From a virus: a stretch of DNA of 64,000 bases. A model generated the notes under the pieces. It was not told the DNA's origin. It saw only the letters and a program-made list of their open reading frames with translations, and ran no database searches. Below, one piece after another: positions 8,995-18,179 of the stretch. The first letter of the stretch is position 1, and each line of letters starts with the position of its first letter. The position numbers and the translations under genes were made by a program. The stretch spans positions 64,001 to 128,000 of the IMG/VR virus record IMGVR_UViG_3300044712_000991. One strand, written 5' to 3'.

Positions 8995-11900
8995 TTAGGT
9001 TGTACCGTGGTTGCCGAAGTTATCGATATTGAACTTGTCCACGAATGTCGTACCACCATCCGAAGAGTACGCAAACCACAATTTCGATATCGGGGTGTAT
9101 GTACCATCATACCCCTTGACCTCGTGAAGCTTCCAGTTACCTATGCGTATGGATGTGGCAACAACATCCTGGACAGCCACAGTAGACTCGCTAGCAGGAT
9201 TTAGAGATATCCTATCTATCGGAGAACTGTACGCTTTGATACCCGTCTGGTTGACCTCCACCTTGGGTGTCGTGTAGCGGGTGATGGCTATATTATCCAC
9301 CTTGAGATCACATGGTGCCGAGTTTGTCCAGTAGGCACCAAAAATAAACTTCACACTCGTGGCGCTCGCAGGAACACGAACACGTAGTGTTTTTGAAACA
9401 ACTGTACCCCATGTCGGGAACGTACCTATGACCGATGGTGTACACGTAGTCATCTCCAACACGGATGTTCCATCAATCTCTATCATACCCACAGAACTGT
9501 ATGGAAGCGTGTTACCATCTCCGATAGCATCAGACCGAGAATTGGTGTCCCATGTAACAACCAACGTCTGTCCTCGCACGTCATCTGCGCCCGTTACAGG
9601 CAACGTTTTGGAGTAGCGTATACCGAAGCCATTTCCAGGTGCAGTCTCCGTGGTTGAAGTGATAATACCTGTACTCGTGTCGATGGAGAAAGTAGCTAAC
9701 TGATCATAGTCTTCCGTCCATGTACCAAGACCAGACACGGATGTTGAGGTGTACGTTTCACTAGGGTTGTCGAAGTACCCCACACGGACTACATCTGAAC
9801 CCGATACCGTCGTACGAAGTTGCATGATAGACCCCGTGACTTCCATAGCCACGGTAGCAGAAGCCCCGACATCTTGGTACAATTTCTTGCTATCGAACGA
9901 CCATCCTGCTATCTGAGACGTTCCGTTAAGACGGAGCGCAAATGACTCGGCACCGCTTGAGGTGTACCCGTAGATACCACTCGTACTCGTCGTTCCAGTC
10001 TGTGTGACCTTGATAGCAGAATTAGCGGTACCCGTGATATTTCCGAGCATGATCTGGGAGGGTCGCAGGGCAAGTGCCGATCCCGAGGGACTAATGATGA
10101 TATTGCCCTTAAAGTATCCATTCTGCGTGTAGACACCGTAGCCTGTAAGGGCGGATGTACCGAAATCTGGGTCGGTGATGTTCGTAAGAAGACCGACCTG
10201 GGTTTTTATAGTCGCGAGGTCACCAAAGTTCGTACCCACGGTGCCACCACTGTATGCACTAACGCCATCGATGACCCGCATGTACGGAGCACCCACCTCG
10301 TCTGCCGTTAGATACACCGACCCTCTCCTAGCAGCATCGCTTGTACTACCTATGCGGACGTAGTCCATACCTGGACTAGGCGGTGTTCCGTACACCAACG
10401 CGGCCGACAGACTGCCCGTATTAGCAACCGTGGCGACCTGCATCACACTCCTCCACACCGAGCCCCCAGCGATATTCGTACGCTGGGCAAGAAGGAGATC
10501 GCCCGAACTGAAGGGGTGTCCTACACCATTGGATGACACAAACTCCATAGTCCAACGGTCAAGACCCACGCTGTACACACTCGCAGACACTTGAGCACAG
10601 GCTGTAACCCACACCGATCCGTTCGTGGCTCGAATTTGCTGTATAAGTAGTTCGAACACACGCATCGTGCCACGTACAACGAGTTCATCGAGTTCGAGGC
10701 GCGACACACCAGCCACCTCGGACTCCAACTTCCATCCCGACCCAGTGAACCCACCGACGAACGAGTTTGATCCCACCACACGATTGTCCTGGACAATACC
10801 GTTGGCTTGAAGGCGCGTCAGACCGTTAATGGTAGTGATTGCGAGTGTCGTCGTACCATCAACATCAACTGCGCTTTTGAATCTCGCTGGTGCAACGACC
10901 TCCATGATACTTCCCGATATGATAGTATATCCACTACCGCCACTACCTTCCCCTGGGCGAAGTATCACGTTGCCCCCAATTTCATCCTGCTCCGCCGAGT
11001 CACCGCCTTCTATGCGAACCTCTCCCAACGATCCGCCTTGAAGGGTGTCACCAGCACGAACTACCACGCGAGCGGAATTGTATTCGGCACCACTATCGCT
11101 AGGAATCCACCCCACCCGAAAATCTCGGACATTTGAGGAGATGGCCTTTCTATTGATATCCACTTGTTGCGTATCACCATACAACACCATCGAATTACTC
11201 GTAGAGATGCTTCCAGTGACCTGCACATCCGCGTTGAAATGATTGTTCGTCGTGAAATCGTTCATAGCGGACAAGCCGGGGAAACCTGTGTGCCCCGATG
11301 TAGCGTACGATAGGTTGTTCAGTTCATTGTGGTACTGCTTTATGGAAGAACTCACGGAGTTTACGCGGGTCACCATGTTCCCGCTGACAAACTGAGCGTT
11401 CACCTGTGATTCAAATCCCGTATGTCCACTGTTGGCATAAGCGAGATTGCTAAGGAGAGCATGATTTACAGTTCCACCATTACCCCCAACCGTGACCTCG
11501 CCAGCAGCTAGGAAAACTGGAGCGGCAGCAAGTTGGCACTTACCTGTGGTCGTGGATGTTGCGGTAGTCCATGTCAAACGATATCCGAAAACCATTTCAT
11601 CTAAGGGAAACCCCGTGTAGTCCCACGATGACAGGCTTTCGGCTTGAGCGGATTCTAACGATGTAAACGTCGCCCTTCCTGGAAGGACTACAAACCCCGC
11701 ATCTCCAGTCAAGGATGTGAATAGGATGTACGAATTGACCCACTTCACAGGATCGATGAGCGTAGCCACATCAAGGATACTACCATCCACGTCATACTGA
11801 ATCCAGTTGGTGAGGGTATTGTACTTGAAGGGCATGGTGCTATATTCCCATGCCCATGTCGTGGCCGCTGTCCTGTAGAAAACCACATACGGTGCTGTTG

Positions 11901-13095
11901 CGCCGTTTGTATCGGTAAGAGCAGCCACAGTATGCTGGATGTCTTCATCCGCGACGATTGCTTCGCTAATGGAAGGCGTTTTAGCGGCATCGGTGTCGGT
12001 GTTCTCTGTGTATCCAGACAATGTACCGGCCTCGATGAGCTTGGTACCTACAGTGGTATGAAGGTAGGAGTGCATCCCCCTATCGATGAGAACAGTGTGG
12101 CGCTCATCAGATAGCCAGTATTTCGGGGTACACGCGGAGTTCCATATGATCTCGGCTACAAACACCTTGGAGGATGATAGCGACCACGGAGTGGTCGATG
12201 CTTCTAGAGTACCGTTACCATCATCGATGTAGATGTAGTGCTTCCCCGTTGTCATCGGCGTCAGATCAACGGTTTTCGATCCAGTGATGGTGTACTTTAC
12301 CCCCAACCTCCAATAACTCCAGGATGTACCTGTAGGGGCAAGCGTGAACACATCCGTGGTGTCGTTAAACGCTATGGTGGTCTCCGCCTGATTAAGGAAA
12401 CCAAACCTCTGTATGTTAGAAAAATCGGCGCGTGACAACATGTTAGTTACGATGTTGCCAGACACGAACTGAGCGTTCGCTGACGACTCAAAACCAGTGT
12501 GACCCGATGTTGCGTACGCCAGGTTCTGAAACTCGTTGTGGTACTGTTTGATTGACGCACTAATAGCGTTCGTGCGAGTAGCAAAGTTTCCACTAACAAA
12601 CTGCGCGTTGGCGGAAGATTCGAAACCTGTATGACCAGACACTGCGTATGCAAGGTTGTTCATACTGGAATGATCATATGTACCAACGACAGTGCTAGCA
12701 GCCCATTCTGCGTTTCCATCAATATCTGACGATATGAGTACTCTACCGGCCGCCGCTCCTGTTGGCATTTGAAATGCGGATGTGGATGTTTTTCCAACTA
12801 CATTGGCATCCCCACTGATATTGAAGTCGGATATGTAGTTGACATCACCTACGACCGAACCTAGCCATATCTTGCCCCAGTCTGTCTTCTTTGTACCATC
12901 GACGTACCAGTACCCAAATTTTTCTTGTTCCACCCAGGTAGCGACATACTGTCCACTTGATGCTGGGGTCTCTACTGCTGTAGCAACAAGAGATGGTGAC
13001 CCCTCATCCGTCTGGATAGTCACTGTCCAACCCGAGTCGGGCTGGAAGTTACCACCCACGAGTTTCACAATCAGACGTGTTAGTGAACGTGACAT
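8995..13095 (-). CDS. Large tail fibre/tail protein with four H..L..L.Y..SGHTGF repeats
   Basis: 1366 aa, S/T/G-rich; contains LDELVVRGTMRVFELLIQQIRA; lies in the tail module. Confidence 0.7.
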   Translation of the reverse strand: MSRSLTRLIVKLVGGNFQPDSGWTVTIQTDEGSPSLVATAVETPASSGQYVATWVEQEKFGYWYVDGTKKTDWGKIWLGSVVGDVNYISDFNISGDANVVGKTSTSAFQMPTGAAAGRVLISSDIDGNAEWAASTVVGTYDHSSMNNLAYAVSGHTGFESSANAQFVSGNFATRTNAISASIKQYHNEFQNLAYATSGHTGFESSANAQFVSGNIVTNMLSRADFSNIQRFGFLNQAETTIAFNDTTDVFTLAPTGTSWSYWRLGVKYTITGSKTVDLTPMTTGKHYIYIDDGNGTLEASTTPWSLSSSKVFVAEIIWNSACTPKYWLSDERHTVLIDRGMHSYLHTTVGTKLIEAGTLSGYTENTDTDAAKTPSISEAIVADEDIQHTVAALTDTNGATAPYVVFYRTAATTWAWEYSTMPFKYNTLTNWIQYDVDGSILDVATLIDPVKWVNSYILFTSLTGDAGFVVLPGRATFTSLESAQAESLSSWDYTGFPLDEMVFGYRLTWTTATSTTTGKCQLAAAPVFLAAGEVTVGGNGGTVNHALLSNLAYANSGHTGFESQVNAQFVSGNMVTRVNSVSSSIKQYHNELNNLSYATSGHTGFPGLSAMNDFTTNNHFNADVQVTGSISTSNSMVLYGDTQQVDINRKAISSNVRDFRVGWIPSDSGAEYNSARVVVRAGDTLQGGSLGEVRIEGGDSAEQDEIGGNVILRPGEGSGGSGYTIISGSIMEVVAPARFKSAVDVDGTTTLAITTINGLTRLQANGIVQDNRVVGSNSFVGGFTGSGWKLESEVAGVSRLELDELVVRGTMRVFELLIQQIRATNGSVWVTACAQVSASVYSVGLDRWTMEFVSSNGVGHPFSSGDLLLAQRTNIAGGSVWRSVMQVATVANTGSLSAALVYGTPPSPGMDYVRIGSTSDAARRGSVYLTADEVGAPYMRVIDGVSAYSGGTVGTNFGDLATIKTQVGLLTNITDPDFGTSALTGYGVYTQNGYFKGNIIISPSGSALALRPSQIMLGNITGTANSAIKVTQTGTTSTSGIYGYTSSGAESFALRLNGTSQIAGWSFDSKKLYQDVGASATVAMEVTGSIMQLRTTVSGSDVVRVGYFDNPSETYTSTSVSGLGTWTEDYDQLATFSIDTSTGIITSTTETAPGNGFGIRYSKTLPVTGADDVRGQTLVVTWDTNSRSDAIGDGNTLPYSSVGMIEIDGTSVLEMTTCTPSVIGTFPTWGTVVSKTLRVRVPASATSVKFIFGAYWTNSAPCDLKVDNIAITRYTTPKVEVNQTGIKAYSSPIDRISLNPASESTVAVQDVVATSIRIGNWKLHEVKGYDGTYTPISKLWFAYSSDGGTTFVDKFNIDNFGNHGTT

Positions 13096-13096
13096 G

Positions 13097-13519
13097 CTAT
13101 AGTACTCCTAAGTTATCATCGCTAATGGGCTCCACGTACTCACGCGGACGTAACCTGCTAGATATCACAAACGATGGTGTTCCTGTATTACGACCGTTAA
13201 CGGATACTAAACCCGCACCGATGTTCCTTACAACCCTCACCGTAATCATCGATAGAGGTGAATCGATAACCTTGTCGGCGGGATCGTCTTCAACTACAAC
13301 TTCTATGGCATACCAGTAGGTCTCCGTGTAGTTACCAAACTCTACCACATACAGCGTATTGTCTCGTGTGGGAAACACCTTAGCCGATCCATTTGGCGGC
13401 ATCTTGCCCACACTTGTGACAATGGCGTATTCAGCGCCTGATGATTGCCACGAGAGAATACACTCGCCACCGTTGAACCCTACAGTAGATGGGGTAATAC
13501 TAAGGGATGCATCTATCAT
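13097..13519 (-). CDS. Hypothetical virion protein (Ig-like beta fold)
   Basis: Tightly packed ORF in the baseplate module with a beta-strand pattern. Confidence 0.45.
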   Translation of the reverse strand: MIDASLSITPSTVGFNGGECILSWQSSGAEYAIVTSVGKMPPNGSAKVFPTRDNTLYVVEFGNYTETYWYAIEVVVEDDPADKVIDSPLSMITVRVVRNIGAGLVSVNGRNTGTPSFVISSRLRPREYVEPISDDNLGVL

Positions 13520-13535
13520 TGGGATGTTCTCCGTT

Positions 13536-14501
13536 TTACGGTATTTCTACGACATCTGTCACATACATCGATCCCGTGACAGAGGTTGGGGTGGCGTTAT
13601 ATATCCAACCCAATTTACTAACGGCAAACACATCCGATCCTACGACCATAGCATCTACAATGGGAGCCACGGGTCGCCATGTAACAAAATCTGTGGAGTA
13701 CTGTAACACTGCCTGAATATGTGCAGGTACGACCCGCTGGACAGCCGTGGTAAGCGCGGTCTTAATTGCCGTAGTCTGTTCCACGGAACTAGAGGGAAGA
13801 AAGAAGTACAAAAGTACCCCCGAGCGGTAGAATTCCTCGTCGTACACAGTCGTGTTGACACCGAGGACACTGTACGACAAATTGATGGTGTCTCCGACAG
13901 AGTAGATGCTCGCTGTAACTGGAAGAACATGACCGTACCTACCTATGGAGGAGTTGACATAGATGTATCTCTGTGAATCACTACCGTTAGACATTGTGAA
14001 CCTCATAGACCCCGTAATATTTGTGAGATTCCATCCAGGGTAGTTGTCTATGGGTTCGAGTATGACGGGGCTCATTCCTGTATAAGCCTGCCCCACACGC
14101 GCAATGGCATCCACGGTCGATCCCTCAGTGTGTGCAAGGGTCAAGAACCTAAGTGCCGTGCGATAACTATTAAGCAGCGACCCAGTGTTAAACTGACCGA
14201 ACTCTTGGTAAGGTAGTTTGTTGGCACCCACCTGTACACCGAAGTTCTCGTACATCTTGCTATTGGCGTGGCCATCAATTACGCCCGAACGAACGGTCTC
14301 GATGGATAGATCATCGGATACCTGCGTGGTCTCCATAGACCCAGATGAAAATTCCATACCGTACATGGACAATAGGTCATACAGAGTTGACCCTATGATG
14401 TTCACGGGGTACCACCGAGAAGACAGGCTTGAGAACAGGTTCGCTATGAATCTATCCTGGGTGTCTTTGACTGTCTGAGACCATTTTAAGTAGAGTGACA
14501 T
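13536..14501 (-). CDS. Baseplate wedge protein (P2 gpI/T4 gp7-like)
   Basis: Follows the baseplate J gene; contains AVQRVVPAHI and EGSTVDAI segments. Confidence 0.6.
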   Translation of the reverse strand: MSLYLKWSQTVKDTQDRFIANLFSSLSSRWYPVNIIGSTLYDLLSMYGMEFSSGSMETTQVSDDLSIETVRSGVIDGHANSKMYENFGVQVGANKLPYQEFGQFNTGSLLNSYRTALRFLTLAHTEGSTVDAIARVGQAYTGMSPVILEPIDNYPGWNLTNITGSMRFTMSNGSDSQRYIYVNSSIGRYGHVLPVTASIYSVGDTINLSYSVLGVNTTVYDEEFYRSGVLLYFFLPSSSVEQTTAIKTALTTAVQRVVPAHIQAVLQYSTDFVTWRPVAPIVDAMVVGSDVFAVSKLGWIYNATPTSVTGSMYVTDVVEIP

Positions 14502-14504
14502 AGG

Positions 14505-15908
14505 CTACACTATGGATACCGTGATTGTCCCTGCCGAGGCGTATGACTTGGAGGGTATAGTCAGATTATTGAACGAGTTTCGCACAACCGACCCATCGGC
14601 TGCTTGGAATGTGTTGAAGGGCAGAAAAACGTCATCGACACCTGCCGTGTTCAAAACTTCACGAGCAACGTCGGCCTGCTGAACCTCTTCCCCAATACCC
14701 ATAGTGCTGAGGAAGTCTGTCACAACAGAAACCACGGCATCGGCAACATCCGATCCTGAAAAACCATCGAGGATGCGAACATTCATGGATATGTTGATAG
14801 GTACTTCGGTGGCCCACTTGATGAGCGTGTCGGAGTTGAGGATGTCTTGATTATCCCTCGCCATCATGGATTGAAGGTCTTCCACAAGACCGTTGTACTG
14901 GTAATTGACCACAATAGACCCAGATGATGTTGGGACTGCTGTGTTCCATGCTAGGGAGTCTTGTCCTAGGATGGAACCCCCATATCCGCTACTATCCTTG
15001 GATAGCATCCACGATGCGGATGGCAATGTACCCGAGGCACTCGCGAGAACCGACGATACCGTGTTCGGTATGACAGGCTGCTTTGAGAACACGAATGCTG
15101 GGTATGGAGAGAACGGGTCAGAAAATTCATCCGTGAAGTTCCTATAGGTCTTTCCCTTCACATAGATATCCACAGCACCGATATCCGCTCTGTCTGTAGC
15201 ACCTCCTCCGACAACTAGCACATCCTCCACAGCATCCTGTTCGAGGACGAAAGAGGTGAGCCCTGCGGAAGTACCTATGGCCACCCCGGCAAGCGCCGTG
15301 CTTAGTCGTGCCTGTAGTTGTTGGGATGTCTCTTCTGGAAGACCACCTGTGGTTGCAAAAGGATTGTAGATACCGTTTATGCCACCCACAGAACCGTTGA
15401 CGATCAGAATCGTACCAGCACCGACGTTTCCAAGGATGCCCCCAGAAATAGCCTCGACCTCCACCGACACTTCGTACTTGGCGGTCGATGTATTGAAGTA
15501 ACTCAGCGCCTGGGTGTAGCGCATGGTAACCGTCTGGGTGGTGCGGAACTGTACGGGACTTGTCGTTCCCTCACTAACCGTGGTCACAATGGTTCCTGCT
15601 GGAATAGTGATGTCAGCGGTTGGAGCGGAGTTGCTGTAGAATCTGACAAGACCACGCGATCTCCGAGCACCCTTTTTAACCTTCGAGAAATTACGTGCTA
15701 TAGCATCAAGACCGACTTCACTAGCGGTGTCTATACCTTGGTCAGCAGACACCTGATCTATCCTGCTGTACAAGTTCTCGAACTCTTTGGCTGGGGCATC
15801 TATCACCACATCGCGTGTGAAAGTACCTTCGGATATCTCAATCTTGGAGTTCTTCGCACGAATGAAGTTCTTGAACCCCTGTACAATGGTTAGAAAGTCG
15901 CGTGACAT
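14505..15908 (-). CDS. Baseplate J-like wedge protein
   Basis: LDAIARNFSKVKKGARRSRG, TIPAGTIV, GNVGAGTI, NPFATTGG. Confidence 0.85.
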   Translation of the reverse strand: MSRDFLTIVQGFKNFIRAKNSKIEISEGTFTRDVVIDAPAKEFENLYSRIDQVSADQGIDTASEVGLDAIARNFSKVKKGARRSRGLVRFYSNSAPTADITIPAGTIVTTVSEGTTSPVQFRTTQTVTMRYTQALSYFNTSTAKYEVSVEVEAISGGILGNVGAGTILIVNGSVGGINGIYNPFATTGGLPEETSQQLQARLSTALAGVAIGTSAGLTSFVLEQDAVEDVLVVGGGATDRADIGAVDIYVKGKTYRNFTDEFSDPFSPYPAFVFSKQPVIPNTVSSVLASASGTLPSASWMLSKDSSGYGGSILGQDSLAWNTAVPTSSGSIVVNYQYNGLVEDLQSMMARDNQDILNSDTLIKWATEVPINISMNVRILDGFSGSDVADAVVSVVTDFLSTMGIGEEVQQADVAREVLNTAGVDDVFLPFNTFQAADGSVVRNSFNNLTIPSKSYASAGTITVSIV

Positions 15909-15911
15909 TTT

Positions 15912-16400
15912 CTAGTTCCTTATGGGGATGTTTGATACGGCTGCGGTAGTCCCCGCCTTCGTCACAACAGCCACGGATACGTACATCTTACGAGGATCAT
16001 CGCTCGCTATATACGCATCGAGAGATGACACACTCGATATCTCCTCTGAAGGTATGTATGCGTACCCTTCAAGACGTTCCTGGTTCTGGATACTCATCAG
16101 ATACTGCATACAACGAAACACCTCAGATTTTACGGCCGTTATTGATGACTGATCTAAGGTACCAGTGAGAACCGATAAATCAAAACCGTAGCCCGTAGTG
16201 CGCTTTTTCTCGGTTAGTATTTTGGCTATCTGCTGCGCAAGTTTGTTAGAGCCCGCGACAACTACTATCTTTCCGTCATGCCCTATGGAGTACGCGTGGT
16301 ACTCGTCTGTGCCCAAACACCTAGGACACGTCAGCGTGCGAAGACGCTGCGCTGGGATACCAACCACGTGATCACACTGTACGGAGAACTTGGCGTCCAT
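15912..16400 (-). CDS. Baseplate gp25/W-like sheath initiator
   Basis: KLAQQIAKILTEKK...GYGFDL; immediately upstream of J. Confidence 0.6.
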   Translation of the reverse strand: MDAKFSVQCDHVVGIPAQRLRTLTCPRCLGTDEYHAYSIGHDGKIVVVAGSNKLAQQIAKILTEKKRTTGYGFDLSVLTGTLDQSSITAVKSEVFRCMQYLMSIQNQERLEGYAYIPSEEISSVSSLDAYIASDDPRKMYVSVAVVTKAGTTAAVSNIPIRN

Positions 16401-16960
16401 TATTGTGTCCTAGAAAGTATGTCGAGATACTGATCCATGAGTTCCAACGCTCTGTCGAGCTCCGCAGACTGTTTGCTCAACCTATCGGATGCCGATAACG
16501 CCCGTTGAGAACGAAACGCCAGTTCATCAAGTTTATTGGTCATACTGTTGTAGTCCGTGACACCCGCGAAGATATCGAAACCATCAATGTTCGCCGCCTG
16601 TGAGATAAATGTAGAGGGAATCTGGGTGGGTAGCGCATCTATTATCTGACCCATCTCTCCCACAATGAGGGGGCAGTTTTCCGCCATTTGCGCAAAAGGG
16701 ATGGCTCCTAGAATGGTGTCGAAGGGTGCCATTGCCGCTCTACCTGCGTTGGCTACAACCGCTATCTGCTCGGCCACGACGTTTGCTTGAGAAATAAGCC
16801 CCACCAGTTTTGCTTTGTCCTGGATGAGGATAACACGGTAAGCATTGAAGAAAGCGATAAGAGCAGCCCTGAGAGGGAACGACAGACCGACCAAGGCCGA
16901 CACCACACACCTTGAGTATCCCGTCTCATCCACTATTTTGTCAACCAGAGTGTCTGCCAT
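16400..16960 (-). CDS. Hypothetical helical protein in the baseplate module
   Basis: ORF coupled to the gp25-like gene. Confidence 0.5.
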   Translation of the reverse strand: MADTLVDKIVDETGYSRCVVSALVGLSFPLRAALIAFFNAYRVILIQDKAKLVGLISQANVVAEQIAVVANAGRAAMAPFDTILGAIPFAQMAENCPLIVGEMGQIIDALPTQIPSTFISQAANIDGFDIFAGVTDYNSMTNKLDELAFRSQRALSASDRLSKQSAELDRALELMDQYLDILSRTQ

Positions 16961-17016
16961 ACAAAATATACCTCAAAGTACAAGAATTTGTAGTTGTTGG
17001 GGTCTATGATTCCGAA

Positions 17017-18171
17017 TTATGCATCACCCACTACGATATTCGGGGCACCCGAGGTGATCTCTCCCTGTAATTCAAGATTTCCAGACAAAAGTGCGGGGTT
17101 CAGGGTGCATGGAGAGCCCGCGGCGATGATTGCTCCCGCCAAAGATTGCAAAAATGCAATATTGTGCTGACTCTTGATGGAAAGTTGTGCATTTTCGCTG
17201 TCAGAGTAGCCAACACCACATGGTATGGTCACAGTATCGTGCTGACGAGCCACATGTTGCCCCTTGGTCCCCAAACTCGCGGTGTTGGTCTCAATTCCGA
17301 GCGCGACATCGGGGTCCGTGGCATCCACACTACCTCCGTTGATGTTCATTTTGACGTTCTTGATGCTCAAACGGCCTTCTTTGTCAATGTCTATCTGCAC
17401 ACCACTAGCTAGCGAGATGCGAGCCGCCAGTTGTTTCGTTGGGGTGGTGGCAGGATTGTCGTTTTTGTCAACCACAACCCCAGAGGAATCCACGATGGTG
17501 CCTATGGTCATCTTCAAGATGGGTGTGGTATCACCCTGCTTAGCTAGTACGGATACCGAGTGCTCGGTGTACGGGGTGCCGGAGGTGAAAACTGGGGTCG
17601 GAATACCATCGGTGATGATCTTAGAGTTTTCCCCGAAGACCCACCGTCTAACAACGCCCGCTGTTTGCACGCCTCCTGCCGTGGATGCCTGCCAGTTCAC
17701 GGACTTGCTCTTGACCTGGTGCATATCGGGATCAAGTTCGAGCATATCATCCAATGCGGAGGACATGATGATGCGCCCTTTGTCGGTCATGTACATGTAC
17801 GCACCACCGACACTCTCCCAGAACTTCTCACCAGGCTTTAGTTTTGGTAGGTCACCGTAGCCTTGTTCGGCCTTGGATAGAATTCTCTGCGCCTGGTTGA
17901 TGTTCGCGTAGCGCATTATACGCACACGATCGAAGAGGTCACACTGGCAGAACACAATGGCACCCTTCACCGGGACATGGTACTCCCCCCACGCTCCTTG
18001 GAGAAGTTCCACATCCTGCCGACCTCCTGGATTGTCCAACCATCGAATGGAGCACGTGCCCTTTTCTGGGCTGACAGTATCCACAACTGCCATACGGGTG
18101 TACTTCGACAGGTGTTGCTGCGGATGATGTGCATCGAACTCAAATGTGCGTTTGAATCGCATACGTGGCAT
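17017..18171 (-). CDS. Baseplate central spike (gp5/gpV-like), possibly with a PAAR-like C-terminus
   Basis: N-terminal OB-fold pattern (AVVDTVSPEKGTCSIRW, HVPVKGAIV); C-terminal HVARQHD...GEITSGAPNIVVG. Confidence 0.65.
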   Translation of the reverse strand: MPRMRFKRTFEFDAHHPQQHLSKYTRMAVVDTVSPEKGTCSIRWLDNPGGRQDVELLQGAWGEYHVPVKGAIVFCQCDLFDRVRIMRYANINQAQRILSKAEQGYGDLPKLKPGEKFWESVGGAYMYMTDKGRIIMSSALDDMLELDPDMHQVKSKSVNWQASTAGGVQTAGVVRRWVFGENSKIITDGIPTPVFTSGTPYTEHSVSVLAKQGDTTPILKMTIGTIVDSSGVVVDKNDNPATTPTKQLAARISLASGVQIDIDKEGRLSIKNVKMNINGGSVDATDPDVALGIETNTASLGTKGQHVARQHDTVTIPCGVGYSDSENAQLSIKSQHNIAFLQSLAGAIIAAGSPCTLNPALLSGNLELQGEITSGAPNIVVGDA

Positions 18172-18179
18172 AGGATTCT

